Shown in pieces: positions 1 through 7,261 of a stretch of 8,925 nucleotides of DNA (position 1 is the stretch's first letter; every line of letters starts with the position of its first letter). Under the pieces are notes generated by a model. That model was not told the DNA's origin. It did not search any database and saw only the letters and a program-made list of their open reading frames with translations. A program made the translations under genes and the position numbers. The DNA comes from a virus (lineage: Duplodnaviria > Heunggongvirae > Uroviricota > Caudoviricetes), in the IMG/VR virus record IMGVR_UViG_2681813316_000018, one strand, 5' to 3'.

Positions 1-230
1 GAGTTGATGGCTCATGATGTCCCTCTGGGATGCGCTCCGGATGAATATGATGATCTCATATCAGGAACTTGTTCGCACCTTCCCTAGAAGCATCATTGAA
101 ACTAATTTATTAAATAACCATCGAGTTTCTGGAATACAGACGTTAACCATCTCTCCAAAATCTAAAAGATAATAAGAAAAAATGTTTAACGCACCAATCC
201 ATTTCATAGTTTCATGAGACATCAGGCACA

Positions 231-260
231 AAAAAACCCGCTCAGCGGCAGGTTTTTGAC
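231..260 (-). terminator. Putative tR'-like intrinsic terminator downstream of Q (weak stem)
   Basis: Plus strand reads AAAAAAA-CCCGC-TCA-GCGG-CAGG-TTTTT; on the minus (Q-sense) strand a short GC stem (about 4 bp) is followed by a run of 7 U. About 100 nt downstream of the Q stop, the position where lambdoid phages carry tR'. Stem is short, so low confidence. Confidence 0.3.
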
Positions 261-360
261 ATTTACCAACGGTAGACATACAAGGCCCATCGTTGAGAAA
301 ATCTTATCCATGTTTTTTGAAAAATGCAAGTATCACGTCGACATCTTCGGCGAAAATTAT

Positions 361-1113
361 CTATCTTGTCACTTTTCTCAATTGCGATTCAGCATACGCT
401 TCTTCCTGCCAGCACTTTGTAACCAGTTTATTAATAACGTCTGCATATCCTTTGTACCACTGATAATCCGTCAGGTCCGGTACCAGTTTCTGGACATGAT
501 GCCGCGCCAGTGTGGTTGGTAAACGGCTAAACCGGTTGCCATTGCAACGCCCACAAATCTTATAAACAGGCACACCATGAAGCCGGGTTCTTTTTTCATC
601 CAGGACAATACCTTTACCCTTACACCCTCTGCACGCTGTGCTGACTTCTCCCTTACCATGGCAATGCTGACATAGTTCCTTCACCCACTCTTCCTTGATA
701 ACAGATTCCCCGCTTCTGGAGTGTTTCACCACTTCGCGCAATACATTATGAAATCCAGTACCAGCACAATGCTCACAGCGAGCCTTACTTGCCGCAGACC
801 TGGAATAATCAGCAAAGGCAAAATTCACAAGGTAAGGGATGATCTGTAACCGGATTTCTTCACTCAATTTGTTCAATGTCGGGTTATCCAGTGCCATCGC
901 GTAATTGAGCAGACCTTCAATCGCAAACTGAGGGTCCTGAACGCCAACTTTTGCCAGGAATAAGGCAAACCCAAGCGGTGCTTTCGACTGCACCATCCCC
1001 TGCGCAGCCATTACATCCGTAATTGTTAAACCACCCGAGCCTGTCGCCGGTGCGTCATCGCTCAGTTTTGGAGATTTCGGGGAGTAATATTTCGGTAAGG
1101 CTTCAAGGTTCAT
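361..1113 (-). CDS. Late-gene antitermination protein Q (QuuQ-like, 250 aa)
   Basis: 250-aa ORF; CxxCxGxG-type zinc-finger repeats (CEHCAGTGF, CQHCHGKGE, CRGCKGKG); SD GGAGA 7 nt upstream of ATG at 1113; last gene of the early operon, immediately after a DUF968-like gene as in Qin (ydfU-quuQ). Similarity to QuuQ is recalled, not searched. Confidence 0.75.
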   Translation of the reverse strand: MNLEALPKYYSPKSPKLSDDAPATGSGGLTITDVMAAQGMVQSKAPLGFALFLAKVGVQDPQFAIEGLLNYAMALDNPTLNKLSEEIRLQIIPYLVNFAFADYSRSAASKARCEHCAGTGFHNVLREVVKHSRSGESVIKEEWVKELCQHCHGKGEVSTACRGCKGKGIVLDEKRTRLHGVPVYKICGRCNGNRFSRLPTTLARHHVQKLVPDLTDYQWYKGYADVINKLVTKCWQEEAYAESQLRKVTR

Positions 1114-1126
1114 GCTCGTTCTCCAC

Positions 1127-2122
1127 TTACGCCAGTACGCCTATTGCCAGCGCACGATCGATAAAACGAAATATCAGCTCCAGCTGGGAACCATACTTCT
1201 CTTCAAATGCCACGGTATCCGCATGCAGCTCGTCGTGATGCTTTCTGCACAAAGGCAACACAAAGAGGTCATGCGCTTTTGTACCCATTCCCCCCTGACC
1301 GTGGCCTATCAGGTGGTGGGGATCATCAGCAGGCTTTCCACAACATGCACACGGCTGTGTCTTAACCCAGCGTGTGTACTTTTCATTAACCCAGCGGCGA
1401 CGTTTTGGGCGTAACATAAAAGACTCCGGCGACTCCGGATCCACTTTCAGCGCCAGCACCTTTTTCGCCTTATCCTGGATGATGCTGGTGGCAGGAACCG
1501 AAGGCACAAGGTCACTTTCCCGGGTGACAGACGGCACAACAGGCTTCGGTAATCTCAGTGCCTTACGGGCTGCACTTTCCGGTAAGGCATCCGCCAGGTC
1601 ATTACGAATCAGCCACCAGCACAGTTCCGGCATTGTCACAACGTGACTGTCATCAAAACCGAGATCCCGACGCACAACAGACAACACCCAGCGGGCACAG
1701 TTATCCGTTGCCATTGATTCCAGCCGTTCCGTGAACTGATCACGCAGCTGGTTATCGCAGTGCCAGCACAGACGGATTGCGCCCGGCGCGTGTCGCATTG
1801 TGGTCATGTTCTCGCTGTGCCAATCGGAATGAGGCCACTGGCAGCCTTTTTCACGAAGTAACCAGCTTTCAAGACATTCCACGCCACCAGCACGACGGAT
1901 CACTGCCTCATTGCGGAACACGGCCCGAACGGCAGGATCATCCACCAGCGGTTGTGATGCCGCCGGAACGGCACCACTGGCGAAAGATGAATAACGTTCC
2001 GGCTCAGGCTCCAGCAGGACACGCCCCTGCATAAACAGGGGCATCAGCTCTGAACCTGGCCTGAACAATACGATCCCCATACGCGGGGCAATTTCAGGGG
2101 TCAGTAGTGCTCTCACGGTCAC
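1127..2122 (-). CDS. DUF968/YdfU-like protein with C-terminal HNH-like Cys/His motif (putative nuclease); start codon uncertain (GTG at 2122 or 2116)
   Basis: 331-aa ORF; C-terminus has CACCGKPADDPHHLIGHG...CRKHHDELH; begins 1 nt after the KilA-N gene stop; sits directly upstream of Q like ydfU in Qin. Family name recalled from memory. Confidence 0.6.
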   Translation of the reverse strand: MTVRALLTPEIAPRMGIVLFRPGSELMPLFMQGRVLLEPEPERYSSFASGAVPAASQPLVDDPAVRAVFRNEAVIRRAGGVECLESWLLREKGCQWPHSDWHSENMTTMRHAPGAIRLCWHCDNQLRDQFTERLESMATDNCARWVLSVVRRDLGFDDSHVVTMPELCWWLIRNDLADALPESAARKALRLPKPVVPSVTRESDLVPSVPATSIIQDKAKKVLALKVDPESPESFMLRPKRRRWVNEKYTRWVKTQPCACCGKPADDPHHLIGHGQGGMGTKAHDLFVLPLCRKHHDELHADTVAFEEKYGSQLELIFRFIDRALAIGVLA

Positions 2123-2123
2123 C

Positions 2124-2933
2124 TCAATGAACGGTATCGAGCAGCTTTAACAGCTCAGGGAATCGGGATTCGAAGAAATGCGGCTGCGTCTCGCGCGGAT
2201 TTGCGGGACTGGTGATGTTCTTGCCGAACATGCAGCCTTTCGCCGTCAGCGACCAGAATTTTTTGATGTTGTTAATCGCAGTGCGGCTGTATCGTTCACG
2301 TTGTTCAACGATCCCCAGCTTTGCCATCTGGTGATATGCCTGATTAGCCGTCAGGCGGATACCATACTGTTTCAGCAGTGCACTCAGTGACAGTGTCGGG
2401 CGACTTGAGCCATCGTGTGCATCAGCAGGAGCATCAATGGCATAGCGCGGTGCCAGATTCGGTAAGCCAACAGCCTCCTGGAGTTTCTGACAGGCACCAA
2501 GCACAGATGAGTTAGACAGGTTTAATTCCCGACGCATAAAGTCCAGCAGAATCACACCAGCCTGCATCTTGTCAGCAGCCTGTCCGGATAATTTTTCCGG
2601 TGTGCTGGTTACCATGTCGAAAGTACGGATCACCTTCAGATGGAATGACGGGCTGATCCACATTGCATAGGCATACACCAGTTCCTTGCAGACATACGTT
2701 CCCCGTTCATTTCCCCCATGAATCACACTCACCGGGTCAACACCCAAATTCTGGGTGTTGGTCAATTCATGAACAAGTTCAACAGTTTGTTGGCTGGAAA
2801 GAAACTTTCCTGGCTCCTTGGTTCTGGCATTTGCACCAGATGCTACTGCTGCGTGATGTAGATCGTTCAGGCTGTAACGCCCATAAACATCACGACGAAC
2901 TTCAATACCATCAATGACCATCAGATTATTCAT
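2124..2933 (-). CDS. KilA-N domain protein (N-terminal KilA-N DNA-binding domain plus C-terminal extension)
   Basis: N-terminus MNNLMVIDGIEVRRDVYGRYSLNDLHHAA matches the KilA-N/APSES-type pattern; start placed at the internal ATG (2933) because it has SD GAGGAG about 9 nt upstream, whereas the ORF-track start at 2966 lies inside rusA with no SD. Confidence 0.7.
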   Translation of the reverse strand: MNNLMVIDGIEVRRDVYGRYSLNDLHHAAVASGANARTKEPGKFLSSQQTVELVHELTNTQNLGVDPVSVIHGGNERGTYVCKELVYAYAMWISPSFHLKVIRTFDMVTSTPEKLSGQAADKMQAGVILLDFMRRELNLSNSSVLGACQKLQEAVGLPNLAPRYAIDAPADAHDGSSRPTLSLSALLKQYGIRLTANQAYHQMAKLGIVEQRERYSRTAINNIKKFWSLTAKGCMFGKNITSPANPRETQPHFFESRFPELLKLLDTVH

Positions 2934-2952
2934 ACTTCGTTTCTCCTCTTGA

Positions 2953-3342
2953 TCAGGCGGCTGCACCCGCCGTTTTCTCGTACTTACTGATAGTGATCTC
3001 GACCTTCCCTTTCGGGATAACCGGTCCCCACTCCACCAGCATTCTTTTCACCTGACTGTCGTCTTCCCACACACCCGCGTGGGTCAGGGCGTCAAACAGC
3101 GCCTTGTTATAGTTGTCCAGATCGCGGATCCTGTTATCCGGAGGAAACAACACGATCTCCACTGAAGCAGGTGCCGACGTTGGTTTCGGCAGACGACGTA
3201 ACTGCTCAATGATGGCGGCACACGCCGCGCTCTGAAATTTTCGCCCCGCCTCGCTTATCAGGCTCTTACCAGCAAATGCCCCTTTGTTGGGGTGTCGCCA
3301 GTACGTGTTCACGCTGGGCGGAAAAGGCAGTATTAGCTTCAT
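2953..3342 (-). CDS. rusA: Crossover junction endodeoxyribonuclease RusA (Holliday junction resolvase)
   Basis: 129 aa; catalytic-region motif RIRDLDNYNKALFDALT matches the RusA acidic DxD...D signature; start ATG overlaps the upstream MTase stop (ATGA). Confidence 0.85.
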   Translation of the reverse strand: MKLILPFPPSVNTYWRHPNKGAFAGKSLISEAGRKFQSAACAAIIEQLRRLPKPTSAPASVEIVLFPPDNRIRDLDNYNKALFDALTHAGVWEDDSQVKRMLVEWGPVIPKGKVEITISKYEKTAGAAA

Positions 3343-3992
3343 GCCACCATCTCCCTGACCAGTTTTTCCGCCTGCTGGCGAACCTGCGCCAGAAATGCCT
3401 CACCACATGCCTCAAGTTCATCGCGCCCGATGTAGCTGATTGCCGGTCCCTTCCAGGTCTTGTCGAAAACAGCAATAGCACCAGCGAAGAAAGCACCTGT
3501 TGGCACCTGCTTTTCGTCTTTCGGGATAAACCAGGCAGGCAGTTCAAAACCAATACGCCCGCGAATAAAAGCAATATGATCTGCACCTTCCGGCCACCAC
3601 ACTTCGCCGGTGGCAGCTTTGATCAGGAAAACATAGCGCCCGCCTTTATCACGCATGGCACTGGCATGCTTCATGATGTAACGCATGCCGGTGATGTATT
3701 GCCCCTCATGCTGACTGGCGCGGCTGTACGGGGGATTGCCAAAGGCAGCACCTTTAAGCTCCGCAAGACGTTCTGACCAGTCATGCGCCAGCGCGTTGTC
3801 TTCCGCCGTGTAATACGCGGCACATTTGGCGTTATCACCGTCAGTGAACAGATCCAGAACAAACGGACCAAACAAGGTGTTAATTCCCCAGAAAATGTTG
3901 TCCGGCGTGCGCCACTGATCGCCCACTTCCTTCAGTTCATGGGCTGGTTTGTTCCGCAGTTCTACCAGCGCCTGGCAATATTTATTACTCAT
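3339..3992 (-). CDS. Phage Dam-family DNA N6-adenine methyltransferase
   Basis: 217 aa; motif IV GNPPY (AAFGNPPYSRA) characteristic of N6-adenine methyltransferases; size and position typical of phage Dam-family MTases; start ATG overlaps the stop of the upstream 30-aa ORF (TAATG). Confidence 0.75.
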   Translation of the reverse strand: MSNKYCQALVELRNKPAHELKEVGDQWRTPDNIFWGINTLFGPFVLDLFTDGDNAKCAAYYTAEDNALAHDWSERLAELKGAAFGNPPYSRASQHEGQYITGMRYIMKHASAMRDKGGRYVFLIKAATGEVWWPEGADHIAFIRGRIGFELPAWFIPKDEKQVPTGAFFAGAIAVFDKTWKGPAISYIGRDELEACGEAFLAQVRQQAEKLVREMVA

Positions 3993-4084
3993 TAAGCCCC
4001 CACGTAAAAAGCATCCGCAATGTCTCCGGAAGTACAGCCCGGATGGGCTTCAATGAATTTCTGAACGTCATTTAACAGACTCAT
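3992..4084 (-). CDS. Small ORF (30 aa, MSLLNDVQKFIEAHPGCTSGDIADAFYVGA) between the replication gene and the MTase
   Basis: Not in the ORF track (too short). ATG 2 nt after the O-like stop, G-rich SD-like GGGGGTGA just upstream, stop overlapping the MTase ATG; fills the whole intergenic gap, consistent with translational coupling. Confidence 0.3.
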   Translation of the reverse strand: MSLLNDVQKFIEAHPGCTSGDIADAFYVGA

Positions 4085-4086
4085 GA

Positions 4087-5079
4087 TCACCCCCTGAATC
4101 CTGCCGGGATCTGGCTGTAGTCCACGTTGTCGTAACTGGCTTTGAAGTACGGGTCTTCACGTTTTTCTGTGTGCGTGCTGACGGACGGCGATAAGCGCAG
4201 GGAAAGCTCATCCCATTTTTCCCGCAACTTCGACGGGCTGAGCACGTTACGGCACCAGAACGGATCGCGGCTGACGCGGCTGTACATCTCGCAGATTTGT
4301 TTGTGAGTACGACCATCCTGCACACACATCAGGCGAATTTCGTTTGCCCATGCTGTCCAGTTCGGTTCTTTGGGACGAACCACCTCGCCGTCACATTCGG
4401 CGGCCTGCTCGTACAGGGCGATGATTTTTTTCCAGAGCCACTGTGCGCAGGTCAAATCATCCTGCGTTCCCCACTGGCGCTTTTTAGGGCTGAATACAAC
4501 CGCATCAGGATGGCGAGTTAAAAACTCCTGTTCAGCCGTTTGCGTGTCCGGTTGCGAAGCGTCCGGACGAGAAGAGGTTTTATTCTCTGTAGTAATCTCT
4601 GTTGTATTCTCTGTAAGATCATTGGGCCATTTTGACCCGATGACAGCGTGTCGTTTTGAACCAATGGATCGTATCATTTTGCGCCCATCCATCAGGTCAC
4701 TTTGACCCGATGGAGAAGTGCATTTTGACCTGATGGATTCGTTCACTTTGACCTCTTCTAAAAGCTCACTTTCATAGTTGATCGTGTAGAAGTTGGTCAT
4801 GTCACGCTTCGATTTATTGAGTTGCTCGCGACGCAAAACCCCAAGTGATTTCAGGCTTGCAAATGTGCGTTTCAGAGTGGACTCTGACCAGAACGGAAAC
4901 TGCTCCAGCCACTGTTCTGTCGTGTTATAAACCCAGCGAATTCCGCCATGCTCAGTGCCTGAATTCGTTTCATTCAGCCAGTAATGAAGCTGCTGCAACA
5001 CAATTGCCTCATTCAGACCAATACGGCATGCAAGATCACGATTTATCACAATGGGCTGGGATGTCATTAACAGGCTCAT
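4087..5079 (-). CDS. Putative replication initiator (lambda O-like in architecture; iteron array inside its coding sequence)
   Basis: 330 aa; SD GAGG 6 nt upstream of ATG; first large gene after the cro/regulator cluster; a low-complexity linker (TENTTEITTENKTSS) next to an internal direct-repeat array as in lambda O/ori. No sequence similarity to lambda O itself was recognised; function is inferred from position and iterons. Confidence 0.55.
   Translation of the reverse strand: MSLLMTSQPIVINRDLACRIGLNEAIVLQQLHYWLNETNSGTEHGGIRWVYNTTEQWLEQFPFWSESTLKRTFASLKSLGVLRREQLNKSKRDMTNFYTINYESELLEEVKVNESIRSKCTSPSGQSDLMDGRKMIRSIGSKRHAVIGSKWPNDLTENTTEITTENKTSSRPDASQPDTQTAEQEFLTRHPDAVVFSPKKRQWGTQDDLTCAQWLWKKIIALYEQAAECDGEVVRPKEPNWTAWANEIRLMCVQDGRTHKQICEMYSRVSRDPFWCRNVLSPSKLREKWDELSLRLSPSVSTHTEKREDPYFKASYDNVDYSQIPAGFRG
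4628..4755. repeat. Iteron array (putative replication origin): six direct repeats with 23-bp periodicity, core TTTGACC(C/T)GATGG
   Basis: Repeats start near 4628, 4652, 4675, 4698, 4721 and 4744 (cattttgacccgatga, cgttttgaaccaatgga, cattttgcgcccatcca, cactttgacccgatgga, cattttgacctgatgga, cactttgacctc); flanked at 4570-4620 by an AT-richer stretch with ttctctgta repeats. Confidence 0.65.
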
Positions 5080-5248
5080 GACCGACCTCTATTTCCCTGA
5101 ATTTACGACGAAACTGTTCGAGCGGACTGAAGCATTCATGTTCATAGCCTTCACGGAGGTAGATAACCCGTTGTGTTTCCGGCTCCAAACGAATGACTCT
5201 GACGGGCACTCCGTAGTGATCTTTGAACCAGCGGTTAACTTGTCGCAA
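5036..5248 (-). CDS. Small hypothetical protein (70 aa, TTG start); possibly a DUF4222-like prophage protein
   Basis: Strong SD AAGGAG 8 nt upstream of TTG at 5248; protein-like composition ([37 protein letters not shown]); overlaps the O-like start by about 44 nt and conflicts in frame with ORF 5089-5427. DUF assignment is an unverified recollection. Confidence 0.4.
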   Translation of the reverse strand: MRQVNRWFKDHYGVPVRVIRLEPETQRVIYLREGYEHECFSPLEQFRRKFREIEVGHEPVNDIPAHCDKS

Positions 5249-5427
5249 AGGACTGTCTCCTTCTGCCGGTTGAAATCACCCACAGCCCACTCTGCAAAGC
5301 TGTGGGTTACAATTTCCCTGTCACCTGGTACATTCACTGCATAGCAATATTCCACCTTCGCTTTTCCACCCGGTACAGGAAGCGCAATCAGTTGCGAGCG
5401 ACGGTAGTGTGTTGTTAAACTGTTCAT
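5089..5427 (-). CDS. Hypothetical ORF (112 aa) coupled to the upstream regulator gene; conflicts with ORF 5036-5248
   Basis: ATG overlaps the upstream TGA (ATGA) with SD GGAG upstream; N-terminal about 45 aa looks protein-like, C-terminal part is Ser/Thr-rich and low-complexity; a 9-bp-stem hairpin (5278-5307) lies inside it. Confidence 0.3.
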   Translation of the reverse strand: MNSLTTHYRRSQLIALPVPGGKAKVEYCYAVNVPGDREIVTHSFAEWAVGDFNRQKETVLCDKLTAGSKITTECPSESFVWSRKHNGLSTSVKAMNMNASVRSNSFVVNSGK

Positions 5428-5981
5428 GCGTTAGTTTCTCCACAACCAGAAGCAATCGACGCCACGACGCCCGGAGCTGCACACTCGCGGGCGTTACTCT
5501 CTTCTGGAGCGCAAAAGATTTTGTAGACCAGTGCTGCATGCTCCTGGAGCTTCGAAATTGACAGATACAACTCATCATTAATTGCTGTCTGCTCGTGTGG
5601 CTCCACTACCCCATCTTCGATTGCCGAACGAATCTGCTTTGAGTAACTCCCGATCTGTTCGATGACTTCCAGCAGGCGCTGGTTTATATCGGCGTTGTCC
5701 ACATCCTCGACGTCAGGAAGAGACACAAAGACGCCATTTGCAGACTGCGCCACAGCGTCAGCAATGAAGTGAGTTCCACCAGCACGTTGCAAAATCATTG
5801 CCCATCCCAGCGGGAAAATCTGATCGCCATCGGCACGAAGGCGGTTAAATAATGCGTTCTCTGTTACATCCAGCCAGTCAGCTGCTTCAGCGTAACCACC
5901 CGGCAACGTTGCGATAGTTTTTCTGACAGCTTTCACGTACCACTCAGGCTGTTTTTCTACTTTCCAGTGATGCTTACCCAC
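5424..5981 (-). CDS. Putative early regulator in the cII position (YdaT-like; functional analogue of CII by position)
   Basis: ORF immediately downstream of the Cro/YdaS-like gene; start placed at GTG 5981 (SD AAGGAG about 7 nt upstream) rather than ORF-track ATG 6014, which has no SD and overlaps cro. YdaT-like identity is inferred from synteny, not from recognised motifs. Confidence 0.5.
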   Translation of the reverse strand: MGKHHWKVEKQPEWYVKAVRKTIATLPGGYAEAADWLDVTENALFNRLRADGDQIFPLGWAMILQRAGGTHFIADAVAQSANGVFVSLPDVEDVDNADINQRLLEVIEQIGSYSKQIRSAIEDGVVEPHEQTAINDELYLSISKLQEHAALVYKIFCAPEESNARECAAPGVVASIASGCGETNA

Positions 5982-6003
5982 GGCTATCTCCTTAAAACTG
6001 TGG

Positions 6004-6252
6004 TTACTTTCCATCTGATAAGTCTTTAATCTTTTGAAAAATATCTGGACGTAATTTTTCTTTTGATACGCCAGTGGTCATTTCAATAAATATCGAGAGC
6101 TTTGCAGGGGGACGCTTTTCTCTGTTCAAACAGTTCCAGACATGTTGTTGCTTTACTAAACGACCACTGCTGGCTGTGAGCTTCCGAGCCAATTCTGATT
6201 GACCACCAGCCAGAGCGATTGCCTCTGATAAGGCTAATTGCTCAGGTGTCAT
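6004..6252 (-). CDS. Cro-like HTH repressor (YdaS/Cro family)
   Basis: 82 aa; SD AGGAG 6 nt upstream; motif AGGQSELARKL...LRPDIF matches the YdaS/Cro-family pattern as recalled; divergently transcribed from the CI-like gene across an operator-rich spacer. Confidence 0.8.
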   Translation of the reverse strand: MTPEQLALSEAIALAGGQSELARKLTASSGRLVKQQHVWNCLNREKRPPAKLSIFIEMTTGVSKEKLRPDIFQKIKDLSDGK

Positions 6253-6389
6253 AGCTTTCTCCTATCTGTAAGTAGTAAAGTTGTTGATAACTTCGATTAT
6301 ACAACTACAACAACTTTTATCACAACTTTTAGATGTTGGAAAGCTAAAACATAAAGTTGTAACCTCAATAAAAACGAGGGGGATATGTT
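6253..6389. promoter_or_regulatory. OR-like operator/promoter region between cro-like and cI-like genes, including a PR-like promoter for the minus strand
   Basis: At least four operator-like sites built on AAGTTGT/ACAACTT half-sites: AAGTTGTTGATAACTT (6278-6293), ACAACTACAACAACTT (6301-6316), CAACTTTTAGATGTTG (6323-6338), AAAGTTGTAAC (about 6352-6362). On the minus strand a perfect -10 TATAAT (complement of 6296-6301) with a TTGTGA -35-like hexamer 18 bp upstream would drive cro. Confidence 0.7.
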
Positions 6390-7076
6390 GTGAAAACATT
6401 GGCAGAAAGACTAAAAAGCGAAAGAGAAAAAGCAGGAATGAGTCAGGCGCAACTAGCTGAAAAAATTGGGCTTTCACAACAATCCGTAGCGAAAATCGAG
6501 AATGGAGAAACTCAACAGCCTCGGAAAATTAAAGAGATTGCTAAAGTGTTAGGGGTTTCTCAAAAGTGGTTGCAATTGGGAATTGAGGATAACGCGTCTT
6601 TCCCAGACCTTGTTGTAAAGGAGGCTGAAAGTACAGCATTAGATCCTGACATTTTTGCAAACATTCCAGTCCTAGATGTCGAGTTATCAGCGGGTAATGG
6701 ATGTTTGGCTGAAATAGTTGAATCAACTGTAGACTGGTTCCCGCTAAGAAGGATTGATTTAAGAAAAGCTGGTGTATGTGTCTCCAATGCAAAGATCGTA
6801 AAAATTTGGGGCAATAGTTTACTACCTGTACTTAACAATGGAGATTTTGTTGCTGTTGATGTTTCCCAAACGGTTCCTATTCGTGATGGGGATCTTTATG
6901 CCATACGTGATGGCGTATTACTTAGAGTTAAAATATTGATCAATTTACCTGACGGTGGTCTGATTCTAAGAAGTTTCAATAAAGATGAGTATCCAGATGA
7001 AATACTCACCTTCGAAGATAGGCGTTCCAGAATTCACGTTATAGGTAGAGTATTCTGGTCATCGCGCACTTGGTAA
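6390..7076 (+). CDS. CI-like prophage repressor (N-terminal XRE-type HTH, C-terminal S24/LexA-like autopeptidase)
   Basis: 228 aa, GTG start with SD GAGGGGGA; HTH (MSQAQLAEKIGLSQQSVAKIENG); Ala-Gly cleavage site (LSAGNG); Ser (WGNSLLP) and Lys (LRVKIL) catalytic-dyad positions as in LexA/lambda CI. Confidence 0.85.
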   Translation: MKTLAERLKSEREKAGMSQAQLAEKIGLSQQSVAKIENGETQQPRKIKEIAKVLGVSQKWLQLGIEDNASFPDLVVKEAESTALDPDIFANIPVLDVELSAGNGCLAEIVESTVDWFPLRRIDLRKAGVCVSNAKIVKIWGNSLLPVLNNGDFVAVDVSQTVPIRDGDLYAIRDGVLLRVKILINLPDGGLILRSFNKDEYPDEILTFEDRRSRIHVIGRVFWSSRTW

Positions 7077-7261
7077 TGCATCAAAAAACCTTCCTTCAGA
7101 AATTTAGTTACCATTATTACCCGCCTTTTCAATCTTCCTCCCGTGATTTGAGAGTTTCCAATCACGGAAGGAAAGTGTCCCTTGTGTAATTAAAAGCGCA
7201 TCGTCCATACAACCTCCTTTTTTGATAACCCTTGCCCTCATTTCACATCCGTCAAAACCAC

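Noticed and set aside
214-522. Plus-strand 102-aa ORF
   Set aside because: Antisense to the Q gene and the Q-downstream region; no SD, non-protein-like composition; shadow ORF.
471-659. Minus-strand 62-aa ORF within the Q gene
   Set aside because: Out-of-frame overlap entirely inside the well-supported Q ORF.
1023-2034. Plus-strand ORFs 1023-1238, 1112-1414, 1374-1646, 1777-2034
   Set aside because: All antisense to the Q/DUF968 genes, Ser/Arg-rich, no SD; shadow ORFs.
2178-2917. Plus-strand ORFs 2178-2390 and 2663-2917
   Set aside because: Antisense to the KilA-N gene; His/Cys/Arg-rich junk composition.
3266-3995. ORFs 3266-3586 (-), 3276-3776 (+), 3671-3871 (-), 3783-3995 (+)
   Set aside because: Overlap out of frame with, or antisense to, the RusA and Dam-family MTase genes, which have clear motifs; no independent support.
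4068-5081. ORFs 4068-4325 (-), 4297-4521 (+), 4370-4705 (+), 4845-5081 (+)
   Set aside because: Alternative-frame or antisense shadows of the O-like gene; low-complexity, Cys/Arg-rich translations.
5051-5578. ORFs 5051-5344 (+) and 5321-5578 (-)
   Set aside because: Antisense or out of frame relative to the coupled minus-strand gene string; no SD.
5979-6010. nutR-like boxA/boxB downstream of cro
   Set aside because: Only about 23 nt separate cro from the next gene and no CGCTCTTA-like boxA or boxB hairpin is present.
6262-6838. Minus-strand ORFs 6262-6477, 6541-6792, 6560-6838
   Set aside because: Lie across the operator region or antisense inside the cI-like gene; Leu/Phe-rich translations typical of antisense AT-rich sequence.
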